Below are positions 23,401 through 36,709 of a DNA stretch of 64,000 nucleotides, in pieces. Every line of letters begins with the position of its first letter. Position 1 is the stretch's first letter. The notes beneath the pieces were generated by a model. The model did no database searches and was not told the origin of the DNA. It worked only from the letters and a program-made list of their open reading frames with translations. A program made the position numbers and the translations under genes. The stretch lies in the NCBI GenBank assembly GCA_016748015.1, contig JAAOMT010000304.1:1-64000 (forward strand), in the 5' to 3' direction. The stretch is from Geosiphon pyriformis uo1 (lineage: Eukaryota > Fungi > Glomeromycota).

Positions 23401-25661
23401 CTAAATTAATATAAAGTTTGTAACCAAAACTGGCAAAATTAAGGCTATTGAAGAAAAAACATCATTTTTTGCTGTTAGTGCTTTTGTTAATAACACAATT
23501 TAAATTAAGAGTAGTCAAGCTTTTATTTAATACATTTTGAATATTGCTAGTAAATTTTTTGATATTAATAATATTTCAATTAATAATGAAAAGACAATAA
23601 CTATTTTTATCAATCAGAATATTAAAATTACTTTATTAATAATCAATAGTTTGCCAATTTTAATTGCTAAAAAAAGTGAATTGCATAGATTTTTTTGTTA
23701 ACTAAGAGTTTTTTTAAGTCTAGTTTGGCTTAAGCTTATGTCAATATTATGTTTTTTTCTAATATAGTATTGAAAAAAACAATTACAAATAAACAATTTT
23801 CTTATTTAGTTTTAGCTGTTTTATAGTCTATAGTTAGCTACCAGTTACAGTTTAGTTTTGTTTTATTAAGTGTGTATTATAAGTGAGATATAATAATCAA
23901 AAGAAGTTTTAAAGCCAAAACCAGTTTGCCATATAATTTTCTTAGTAAGGCTTTATATTATTTATTTTTGTATGGTTTAAAGTCTTTTGAACAAGTACAG
24001 TCTGAAGAAAAATTGGTTTTATTAATTGTATTTTCTAATATGTTGAGCATTCTTAGACAATTGTTTGAACATAGATTTTTGGATTTGTAGATTTTGTGAT
24101 AATCTTTTTTGAATTTTTTGTAGTTTCTTGTTAAGTTGTATATTAGTTCAGTAAATAATTTTTTGGTTGAGATAGTAAAAATTTTTTTGAACAATAATCT
24201 ATCTTTAATAAACAATATGCTTAATGTATTTTGTGATCTTAGTAAATTTCTGATATTAAACATTTTAAGAAAATTTCTGTATTATAGCTTTGTTTTTTTT
24301 TGAAGTAGTTTGGAATTGCTTTTGATAATAAACTTTTAGACAAAAAAGGAAATATAATAAGTTGAAAAACATTTTATTAATAAAAAAAATTAAATCCAAA
24401 AAGCCATATGTCTTATTGGTTTAAGTTAACATCTAAATTTTTGATTGATAAAAGTTTTTTAATAATTAATTTTGCTAATACTGATAGATTACTTGGTTTA
24501 AATATTTTGAAGTCTAAAAAGTTTTTTGATATGTAAAAAGACTTGTTTGAGATTTGGTTTAATTTTATTAAAGTTTAAATAAACAGTTCTTTAAAATACA
24601 CTAATTTAATTAGAGTTACTAGTAGAATAATTGCCTATTTTTCAGTCATAAATATGAGTATTAGTGTTAAAATATATAGACTTCTGTTTTTTACAATTGT
24701 CAAGTTAAAAACTGTTGTATTATTCTTAAAATGTGTTCTATTTTCTTGTGTAGTAATTTTACATCTGGATAATCAATTTGTCATTGATGTGTATGTGTTT
24801 GAAGTTTTATTTATTACACCAAACTTTTATAATTGGTGTTTGATAAAGAGAAAACATATTGTTAATTTGATTAAAAATAAAAATTTTTCTGTTATATAAA
24901 TAAAGATTAAAATTATTCAGATGTTTTAGGCAATATTTGAGCTAATATAATAATAGGTAAAACTGCTTACTTTCTTTTTTCTCTGCCAATTGGAATTCAA
25001 GAACATTTTATAATAGCTGAAAGTATAGTTGTATTTGGTAATACTTGTTATTTTGTTTGTAATTTGTACAGATTTATTTGTTGTGCTTAATAAGAGACTA
25101 GTTCTAAGTATAATATAATTTTAAGTGCACTAATTTAGGAAGTAGATTGGCTAGCTACTACAAAAATTTAACATTCTAACTTACATATGTTTTCTGAATT
25201 TACTAATAAAAAGTCTGTAAATAAGCATATGTACTTAATAAAAACTATACATAAGTAATTACTGGTAGTAGTTAGAAAAAGATTATATGATAAAATATAT
25301 TCTAATATGTTATGTTTATTGTGTAATAAAGTAGAATTATTTGACCATGTTTTTGCTTATGCTAAAGAAAGTGGTATTTGGAAAAATATTTTGGTAAAAG
25401 CTTTTAAGAAATAAATATTATTGGTAAGTATTTACTGCTTATTTTCTTTTGCTGTTCTATAAATACTTTTTTAGTATTTATCAGATGTGAATTTGTATAT
25501 GGCAATTTGCAAAGAATTTCTGCTAAAAGATTAGTATGCTAAAACTGTTACAGTTTTTAATGAGAAAGTAAAAGTAACTTCTGCTTTTGTTGAGTATATA
25601 AAATATTTGATAGAATTATATTAAATTAAGATATGACTCGTGAAATCAAAGCATAAAATGA
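20477..25661 (+). mobile_element. Non-LTR retrotransposon LINE1: ORF1 3' part and ORF2 (APE endonuclease-RT-RNase H-CCHC), degenerate
   Basis: ORF2 starts ~21217 (KIAMYNIKDIN, ITETKL, SRNFN); RT (LQDMYKAYNLV, AFVNNTI = FVDD relic ~23480); RNase H relics ~24570-24950; CLLCNKVELFDH at ~25313. Homologous to 48278-52577. Confidence 0.88.
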
Positions 25662-28600
25662 TGTTACAAATATTTTTTGGGGTCTCAAAGCAAATAACAA
25701 ACCCATAACTTGGTGTTTAAGTGTTAATATAATAGTGATATCTGAAGATTTTCGGAATTTGAAGGTTTTGGATTGAGTTTTTTGTATAATAGACAAAGAT
25801 TCAATAGTTGTTTTATTAGTAGCCTTCCAGAATCACAATTCTGTCAAATTCTTTTCTCAGCATGGTGGCTAGTATTCTTCTGATAAGTTATCTTTAATTT
25901 AAGAAGTTTCTATTCTTATTTCTGGATCTTTTACCAGTTCTTTAATGTTAACAATTTAGTGCTTAATTTTTACTCAATTTAGTAAACAACAAACAAACAT
26001 ACAAAAAAAATAAAAATAAAAGAAAATAAAAAAATTAAGCCAAAGCAAGTTAGTATTTCGTCAATAGTCATGATTAAGAGCTATTGTTCCAGTATGATTA
26101 AGTATAATTTACTATCAACATAAAATATTGATAATAGGCAATTAGATTGATAAAATTAATAAATATATTTATTCATAGTGTAAATATATAGATGCAAATT
26201 GAGAAGTAGAACTCAGATATTTGTTTTTTCTGTTTTTAATGCTATCACTATATATACATAATTGAGATTTTTCAATTTTTCAATTTTTTGCACCAGAAAT
26301 TCTAGAATTTTTAGAATCTTGCAATTTTTTATATGAGAATTCTGTAATTCTAGAATCTTGTAATTTCTCTGAGAAGAATCCTGGAATTCTCTATTTACTA
26401 TGTCTATTTCTGATTAGCTAATTTATATGCTAATATAATTTCTATATTTTATGAGTAACATTATTCTTTCTTTTTAATATTGAGTTCCATCAAGATTTTC
26501 TAACTCTTCTAATTTTTCTAATTAGATTATATTTTGAACTTTTTTTCCAAGTATTACTTGTGTTATTCTAATCTGTAATTCTTTAAATTGGGCATTGGTT
26601 ATCTTACTCATTTGATTACTGATAACTGTATCTATTTTTGAATTGAGTAGTATTTCTGGTTATTTTTGGAATTCAGCTTGTAATTGATATATTGCTCATG
26701 CTTATATGGTTATATTGTTTTTCTCACAAATTGTTTCAGTTGTTATAATAAGTTTTTATCAAATAATTATTTTGTTTTATCTGTATATAAGTTCTAAATA
26801 TTCAGGTATTGTCCCAAGTAAAAATAACAAAAGTTTCTTGAAAATTGTTGTATTCACTAGTTTCAAGTTTTTTTGGTTAATTTTTAATATAATATAACTT
26901 TTGTTTATATTTCTATTGCCATTTTTACTTTTAAAATTATCTTGTTAATGATGTTTTCTGATTTTTTCTGTACTTTAAATTGAGATTTTTTCTTTGTATC
27001 TTTATATTGAATGGTTTGTTAATTAATTGTAATTTCCATATTTTGTTGTTAAATTAGTTGGAAGAGTTGTTGTGCCAGTGTGTATATATTGTCAGTAATT
27101 TCCATTTTTCTGGTATTTTTTGTTGTATGCTAATTTTTTATATAGGGTTTTAATGTCTTAATTTGATGTGTTTATGTTGATGATTATTATTGGTTCTTTC
27201 TATAGTTGCTTTTTTATAAAAATGTTTCACTGTCAAATCTAAGTGTATGTTGTATAGTATTGTTTTTTTTTGATTCCGTAATTACTTTAAATAGTTGATC
27301 TAAATTCTTTCTGTTTTTTTGATATAATATATTTTGGTAATTAATAAAATATTTTGATTGTTGTTTTATGTTGTTCTATTTTTTTTGAGATAATTTTTCT
27401 TGGAACTGCTAGGTATTAATATAGTGTTAGAGTTGTTGATATTTTTGTATGTTCATTTTTTGTTATATTTTTGGGTTAAAATATTCTTAAATTTGTCTTA
27501 TTTATGATAAGCTATTAGTATTTCCATTTTTTTTTCCCTTTTTTATAATGTACTGTATATTTGAATAATACCAGTTCTATTTTCTATCTTGTATGATAAT
27601 TGTCTCCAAATTTTTGTTTCTGGATTGATGTTAATTTTTTGTAATCAGTATATATGTTAAACTTCTGACTTAAGTATTCCTTCTATTTCATGACTGTCCA
27701 ATAGATAGCTAAGTGTTTCAATGCTGGTGTTCTATAGTTTTTTTCAGCTGGACTTAGACTTTGACTGGCATATACTACTGGGTATTTTCTTCCATCTGGT
27801 CTTTTTTGTGATAATACTGTTCTTAATGCTTGGCTTGATACATCAGTGGTAATAATGAATAGTCTGCCATGATCTGAATAAATTAATACTGGTGTTTAAA
27901 TGAGCTTTTTTTTTAATATGTCAAAAGTTTCTTGTTGTTTCTTAATCCATTTGTATTTTATATTTTTGGCTTGAAATTAGTAGAGTAGTTGAGTTATTTT
28001 TGAGAAGTTTTGTATAAAGTGATAGTAGTATTTAGCAAATTCCAAGAATGCTCATAGTTTTGTCAAGTTTGATAGTACTGAAAAGTTTTTAACAACTTCA
28101 ATTTTACTTGGATCTGTCTTAATTCTATCTTTACTCACAACATATCCCAGGAATTTCAATTTTGTTTTATCAAAAAAGCATTTAGTAGTGTTTAACTTTA
28201 ATTTTGCTTATCTCAGTTTTTCAAATACTTGTTGTAAATGATAAAAATAGTCATCAAACGTTTTTGAGAATACATTGATGTTATCTAAATATATTACTAC
28301 TGATTTTCATAATAGTCTAATATAAACTATTTCCATAAACCATTGGAATGTAACTGGTGTATTAGTTAAGTCAAATAGCATCACTTCAAATTCAAAATTC
28401 TCTTCTCTAATTGTAAAAGCAATCTTCTCTTTATCTTCTGGTTTTATGGCTACTTGCCAATAGCCACTATTTAGATTCAATATTAAAAATCATTTTTTTT
28501 CTCCAAAAGCATCAAATAATTTTTGAATCTGTGAAGTTGAATAGCTGTCTTCACAAGTAATACTATTGAGTTTTCTGTAATTTACACAAAAGTAGATTTT

Positions 28601-29324
28601 CCCATTCTTTTTACAGACTAGTACCACTGGTAACAATTATGGACTTATTGATAATTGAATTAAACTATTGTTTAACATCTAATTAATCTCTTGCCAGATG
28701 ATTTCATGGTTTGCTAGTGGTATTTAATATGCTCTTTGTTTGATTGGCATTGTATTTTTAGTCTTAATCTGATGTTAGATTATAACAGTTCTGCCAAATT
28801 TATTTTCATTGGCAAAAATGTCATTGAAATTGTTGAGTAATATCTTAAGCTGCATATGTTGTAATGGGTCTAAATTTTTCAAGTTCATTTGTTTTAATTG
28901 TTCTGGTTGGAGTAAATAATATTCTTCTCATCTGTATATTGTTTGTGATATAATATCCACATATCTACACAGTTATAGAAAATCTGAAATGGTGTTTGAT
29001 AATTGGTTTTCCATTTTGGTGCTTAAATATTCAATAGTAGTTCTTTTTGGTATTTTAATAATGTCTCCAATTATGTTTTGTATAAAAATTTTTATGTGTT
29101 TTGGGCTTTTGGCTGGTATGTAAAGATTAGTGAATCCAATTTTTTCTGATTTACACATGGTAGTTTTTACTTCAAAAATTTGAGCTTGATCCTTTACTTT
29201 TTTTTTTATGGCTAATATGTACTTATTATATAGCACAATAGAAATTGATTAATGGGTGAAAATAATTTCTCCTTTGTCAATAATTTTTTTCTCTGCCATA
29301 TTAACTGATATATCTATTCTATTC

Positions 29325-29750
29325 ATAGATCCAAATCCACTAATTTCCATAGCTGTAATTCCTAATTTTTTCTTATTTCTCACTAATACTAACTGAGCTA
29401 TTTTAACCAGAAACAGGAATATTATCTGTGCTATTTTTTTATTTGGCTCTATGATATAAGTTTTTTCTGAATTATTTTGTAGCATTGCAATAATATTTTC
29501 TACATATCCTGTGTTAATTATTCTTCCCCTAATGTTAATCTCTTTTTTTGCTAAACTACTCTTAGATGCTAATTGAACTATTATTGTTGTTGAAATTTCC
29601 AGTGCTATTTTCAGATTAATACAAGTGTGCAAATATGGTTCCAATTTGATGGCATCTTTCCCTGGATATTTTAAATCAAACTCTACATTAGTATTATATG
29701 TGCATTGTGACATAATATTTTTATTATTATTGCTGAACCATTTTAGTTCA
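29325..29750 (-). pseudogene. dut: dUTPase domain of B3 (best-preserved copy)
   Basis: VEFDLKYPG, QLASKSSLAKK, RGRIINTGYVENI, NKKIAQ, SGFGSM: all five trimeric dUTPase motifs as transition-mutated relics. Confidence 0.9.
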
Positions 29751-30673
29751 TGCTTCTTAAAAAGATCAAAGAGCATAATATATTGTTCAAAGTTATAATC
29801 AGAGTTTAAATCATTGTTGTTGTTATTGTTATTTAAATTTGAGCTGGAACTGTTGTTTTTATTATCATCATCAAAGTTTAAATCAGGATTGAACATTAAG
29901 TCTGATTCTGATGCACAGCAGCTGATTGGTTCTTTCTCCTTTGGGATCATGTAAATCATGTGTAGTGATAGATTGTAAATAAGATCACACTTATTACAAT
30001 ATTGGAAGTCATATAGAATCAAATAGTAATCATATAGTCAGAAGTTTAATTGTTCTAAACATTGTTCTTGCTCTTTTCTGATAAGTGTTAAGTCTTAATA
30101 ATGTTTATGGAATTGTTCTGGATTTATATTGTCAAAAATAATATCAGAGTTTGGGGTTCAATCAAGTTTTATGAATTTTGGTAGGTTATTTTTGATTTTT
30201 TTGATTTCTTTTTTTGACACATCTTTTATTTTGGCAAGAGCCATTTGTCAGATTTTGTTATCATCATGTGGACAATTATCTAAGCATTTTACCACTCTTC
30301 TTTAGGCAGCATCTAATGGTATTTTTTTGTGTACCCAATTGTTGATTAGAATTGTGTATTAACACAATTTATCACATGTTTTTTCTTTTCCAGAAATGTT
30401 ATTCTACATTTCTTTGTCAAGAAAAGTTTCTTCACAAGTCAAACATGGTTTGTTGTCCTATTTTTTTTGTTACTTAGGTCATCCAAATTATTCAAAAACA
30501 CATAAGCAGCAGTAATATTTTATGGCCATTGGTCATTCCTTATTATTGCCACAATATGCACTGATTGTTGACAATTTTTTGCCACAATCAATGCAAATTA
30601 ACTGTTGTTGATAATAGTTTGGCTGTGATTGAGTAGTAGTGGTATATATTGTATATGTAGAGGTAATTGCTTG

Positions 30674-30844
<171 letters not shown>

Positions 30845-30910
30845 CTATATAAGTATTGGTAGTAGATTGTTGTGATTAGTATTAGTTTACAAGACTTAGT
30901 AGGCTTTTTA

Positions 30911-33900
30911 ATACCAAAGTCAATAGCCAATCTATTAAACTTATTTTTAATAGCAGATTAGCAGACAATATTATCACATAACAACTCATGGACCAATTAG
31001 ATTGATAATTTTCCATTCAAAATTAATGACATCACTATATCTATTAAGGTATTAGTAATAGAAGCCACCTAATATTAGACTCTAATTAGTAATAACTGGT
31101 TGTTCAAGACAAATACTATGTTAAACTAGACCACTCAGAAATTGCAATTCAGCCAAAATAGCTAACACACTTGAATACCAGTCACATACAGTCATTTCAG
31201 ACCAGCCAATACCACTTAAGCCTTACTAATTGATTTGAAAGAAAAGAAAAAAAAACCTATCTAAAAAGCCTACCAAGTTTTGTGGACTAATGAAGACCAC
31301 AATGAATTGCTGCCAATACTTTCATGAGATGACAAAAAGAAGAAAAAAAAAGATGACATATCTGAAGAAGCCACAGTTACTAAAAAAATAGATAATAGTT
31401 GGAAAAGATTATACTCAACCAACACTAGACCAGAACCACCATATATACCATTAAAATATAAAGATTGTAAAAAAAAGCTGTCTTTTATAAGAGCTTGGGT
31501 TGTATTTAATGAAAACTATTGAATACAAACTTATTATTACTGCAAATCATGTTATAAAAAATGCTACAGTTATCCTAAATGACAAGAAAAGTGAGACAAT
31601 GAATCATGGCTTGCTTGTGGAGATCAGTTACTCAACAAAAGAATATGAAATGACATTCCTGGTCAAGAAAAAACATGCAATGCTTTATGCCAATACATAA
31701 TTTTCATTAGTGATTGAATGAGTCGTGGAACATTTATTAATGCAGCATAGCATTAAGCAATTTTGCACTTAAATAGTTATTCATATAATGAAGACAAAAT
31801 TTGAAGAATAGCAGATGTCAAAGTCAAAGTTGTGTTGCCCAGTAAAATTCTAGAAATTAAGAACAATCTGCCAGAACCAGTAGAAATAATTCATATTTCC
31901 AACCCAAATGCTTTTCTGAACATTGAAACTGGTTCAAAAGAATTTCATAACTACTACTAAAACTTGGCACCAACTAAAGAAGAACAAAAATAGTGCTTAG
32001 AACAGTTAAATACCCAATTATGTAACTATTGCTTGATTCCATATGCCTTTTAATATTGTAATGAGTGTAACATCATTTACAATCCACCAATCCATATAAT
32101 CTATATAATCTCTGAAAAAGAAAAACCAATTAACAGTTGTGCATTAGAATTGGAATTACTGTTTGATCCCAATTCAAACTTCGACAATAAGAACAATAAC
32201 AATAATTCCAGCTTTATTCAAATTGGCAATGATAATAATGACAATTCAAACTTTAATTTAAATCTTAAATAATATATTGCACTTTTTGATCTTTTTTATA
32301 AGCAGGAATTAAGATGATTCAGTAATAATAATGAAGATATTATGTCAGAACATGTGCATAATACTAATATAGGGTTTAATCTAAGATATCTCAGAAAAAT
32401 GGCTATTAAATTAGAACCACAGTTGCACATCTGCATTGATCACAAAATAACACTAGAAATTCCAGTTATTACCATGATTTAAGTAGTATTTAGAAGTAGC
32501 TTAGCAAAAAAAAGAATTAATATAAAAAGAAAAGTAATTGATGCAAGATATATAAAAAATATTATTACAATGCTACAAAATAATTTGGAAAAGAAATATA
32601 TCATTAAACCAAATAAAAAGATAGCACAGGCAATATTCCTACTTCTGGTTAAAATAGCTTAGTTAGTAGTAATGGAAAAAAGAGAGAAATTAGAGATAAC
32701 AGCAAGAGAAATAAATGAATTCAGATTCATGGGTAAAATAAATGTACCAGTCAATATGACAGAAGAAGAAGTTGTTAATAAGAGAGAAATTATTTTTATT
32801 CGTCAATCAATTTCCATTCCACCATATAACTAATATATATTAGTATTAAAAAAAAAAGTAAAAGACCAGGCACAGATTTTTGAAGTGAAACTAACTATTT
32901 GTAAATTAGAAGAAATTGGGCTTACTAATTTTTATATACCCACCAAGAACAACAACTACATCAAAGTACCCATCTACAACACAACTGGAGATCTCATCAA
33001 AATAACAAAAAAAATTATTATTAGATACTTAAGCACCAAACAACATCCCAGATTTTTTACAACTATGGAGATATGTAGATATCACATCCCAAACAATATA
33101 TAGACAAGAAGAATATTATTTGCTTCAACCAAAACAATTAAAACAAATAAACTTGGGAAATTTAGATCCACTACAACATATGCAGCTTAAGATGTTACTT
33201 AACAATTTCAATAACATTTTTGCCAGTGAAAATAAATTTAACAGAACTGTTATAATTCAACATCAGATCAAGACTGGAGACACAATGTCAATCAAATAAA
33301 AAGCATATTGAGTACCACCAGCAAGTCATGAAATTATCTAACAAGAGATTAATTAGATGTTAGACAATAGGTTAATTCAATTATCAATAAGTTCATAGTT
33401 ATTATTAATGATACTAGTCTGTAAAAAGAATAAGAAAATCTACTTTTGTGTGGATTACAGAAAACTCAATGGAATAACTCATGGAGACAGTTATTCAACT
33501 CCATGAATTTAAGAATCATTCAACATTTTTGGAAAAAAGAAATGGTTTTCAACATTGAATCTAGACAACAGTTATTGGCAAGTAGCCATAAATCCAGCTG
33601 ATAAAGAGAAGACTGCATTTACAACAAAAAAGAGAAATTTTGAGTTTAAAGTAATACTATTTGGCTTGATAAATGCTCCAGCCATGTTTTAACAGCTCAT
33701 GAAAATTGTCTATACTAAACTACTATAGAAATCAGTAGTCATATATCTAGATGACATCAATGTATTCTTAAAAACATTTGATGATTATCTTTATTATCTA
33801 TAGCAAGTGTTCAAAAGACTCAAACATGTTAAATTAAAATTAAATGCAAACAAATGCTTCTTCAGAAAAACAGAACTGAAATTTTTGGAACATGTTGTGA

Positions 33901-35692
33901 ACAAAGATGAAATCAAAACGGATCCAGACAAAATTGAAATAGTCAAAAACTTTTCAGTACCAACTAACTTGACAAAACTAAGAGCATTCTTGGGATTCAC
34001 AAATTACTACTGTCACTTTATTCAGAATTTCTCAAAAATAGCTCAACCATTCCATCAGTTCTAAGCCAAAAATGTGAAATATAAATAGACTGAAACTTAG
34101 CAAAAAGCTTTTAATATACTAAGAAGAAAGCTTATTCAGGCACTAGTATTAATCTATTTAGATCACAGCAAATTATTCATAATCACCACCAATGCATTAG
34201 ATCAAGTATTGGGAGCAGTACTATCTTAGAAAGAACCAAATAGAAGAGAACATTCAATAGCATATGCTAGTTACAACTTAAGTCCAGCTGAAAAAAACTA
34301 TAAAACACTAGCACTGAAACATTTAGCTATCTATTGAGCAATCATGAAATAGAAAAAATACTTAAGCCAGAAATTCGACATATATACTGGTTACAAAGAA
34401 TTAACATTAATCCAAAAACAAAAATTTGGAGACAATTGCCATATGAAATAGAAAATAAAACTTGTACTATTCAAATATATAGTACATTACAAAAAGAAAA
34501 AAAAAAATAGAAATACCAATAATTGTCATTGATAAGACAAATCTAAAAATATTTCAACCCAAAAATATAACAAAAAATAAATACACAAAAATATCAACAA
34601 CTTTAACACTATATTAATACCCAGTAATTTAAGGAGAAATTATCTCCAAAAAAACAGAACAATATAAAACAACAATTCAAATATTTTATCACCCACCAAA
34701 ATATATTATATCAAAAAAACAAAAAAAATCTAGATCAATCACTTAGAGTAATTACAGAATCAGAGAAAGAAACAATACTATTTAATATGAATTCAAATCC
34801 AATAGCAAAATATTTTCATAAAGAAGCAACCATAGAAAGAACCAGAAAAAAATATTATTACAACCAAAAATCAATAACTTATTCATTAATCAATAGGAAA
34901 AAATGACCAATAGCCAGTTTAAAGAACTGCATAGAAAAATAAATAAAATAATCTTAGAAAAAGAAGTTATAGAATTATTACAAGAAGGAATATTAGGAGA
35001 TTTCAATAGAGCTCAATATTAAAAAAAAAGAGATAATATTACATTTAGAAAAATGAAAAAAATAACACATAATAGAAAAGAAAAAAACACATAATTATAA
35101 AATTAGCCAATTAGAATAGAAGAAGAGAAAAGAAAATTTTTTAGGAAATCAAGAATTTTGCAGAAAATTTAGCAAAAAAAAAGAATTTTTTATGTAAAGA
35201 GAATTATGTATATACAGCAGTAATGTTAGAAGCAAAAAAAACAGACCTCTTAGTTTTGACTTTTTTTTTTATCTATTCCCTAATTACTTTAAGGATAGTT
35301 CATATCCACTAAAATAAAATTATCAAATTATCAATAAAATATTTATCTACATTCAATTTATGTTGTTATCATTGGCTTGAGAAATATTCATCAAACTCTA
35401 ACTATCAGCACTTCATGTTGATAGCTGCTGATACTTAATCATGCTAGAACAATAACTCTTGATTATGACTATCGACAGGATACTAACTTTCATTGTCTTG
35501 GCTTAATTTTTTTGATTTCTTCTATTATCTTTCTTTATTTTATTTCTTTTTTTATTTTTTGTTTATTGTTGTTTACTAATTGATTAAGGATTAAGTACTA
35601 AGTTACAGACATTATAGAGACTGGTAAAAGACCTGTAAAACAAGAATAGAACACTCATAGAATTAAGAATAGCTTACCAAGAGAATTACCAG
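30911..35692 (+). mobile_element. Gypsy B4: PR, Cys-rich domain, dUTPase (~32305-32735), RT-RH, IN/ORF3 largely deleted, first part of 3' LTR (from 35037)
   Basis: KVNSQSIKLIFNSRLA (PR), IYLDD at ~33740, ORF 33807-34064; LTR interrupted by A2. Confidence 0.9.
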
Positions 35693-36709
35693 TGTTATTA
35701 ATAGAATTTTAGCTATTAATTAGCATGAAATTACTCTCATAATTCCTATTATTAATTAATATATATTATTATTATTTCGATTATTACTTATTATTTAACT
35801 AAATTATCAAATATTATTACTCAATCAATAATCCAATTTGTGCCATAGAAATTAAGATGATCAAATTACACAATACTCTGAACTATTTAATATAGTCAAA
35901 ATTCGTCAAAATTAATGAAAATTGGCCGAAATAATCAATAATTCAGTAAAATAACTTGTAGTTTGCCGAAATTTATCTTTAGTTCACCAAAATTGTAGCA
36001 AAAAGAAAAGTGCAAGTTCAAAGACTAGTGCTATAACAAGTTGTATAAAAGAAGAGCTTTTTTTTTTAAGAAAATGGATCTTCTTATAGGATTTTACCAT
36101 AGTAACTTACTTAAAATATCTTAATTAGAACAAATTATCTTTTATATATTTCAAATAAAAATTAAATATTCGAAAATCAAATCCTGTAAATTATTATACT
36201 TGAAATTCCTTAACAACTAACATTTTAAAATTAATTAGCTACCAATTTCAGTAATCTGTTAGTGACTTCAGGTCTAGATAGAAAACATTTCCTTTGACAA
36301 TTCAATTTTTTTTACATTTTTTTTATCTTTCTTTTTTTCTCTTATTATAATTATTAGAATAGCCTATAGATGAGATTTCTGTAGAAAAGTTGACTTTCAC
36401 AGCAAAGTAACTACACATTTTTTAATAAGCTTCTAAATAAGCAATTCTTAAGAAAGAGTTAACATTTACTACAATGTAACTACATAAAAGTAATTGACAT
36501 GGAATTGGCTATTTCACTTATAAGTCCAGCAGTTCAAATTATAGGAGATAATTTGAAAATAAATTCAGTTATTGAAGGTTTAACTGCTTCCAGAAAACGT
36601 AAAATTAGCAACAAACAAATATTAACAACATTCAAAAAAAAGAAACCAAAAACCTCCAGTAATATTTGGTGTTCTTCTACAGAAATAACATAGCAATAAC
36701 AACTTCAAA

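Noticed and set aside
36499-36693. Short ~60-aa ORF recurring in all three family A LTRs (also 4806-4991, 45414-45611)
   Set aside because: Recurrence follows from LTR homology; starts and stops differ, few codons are stop-prone, and no motif is recognisable.
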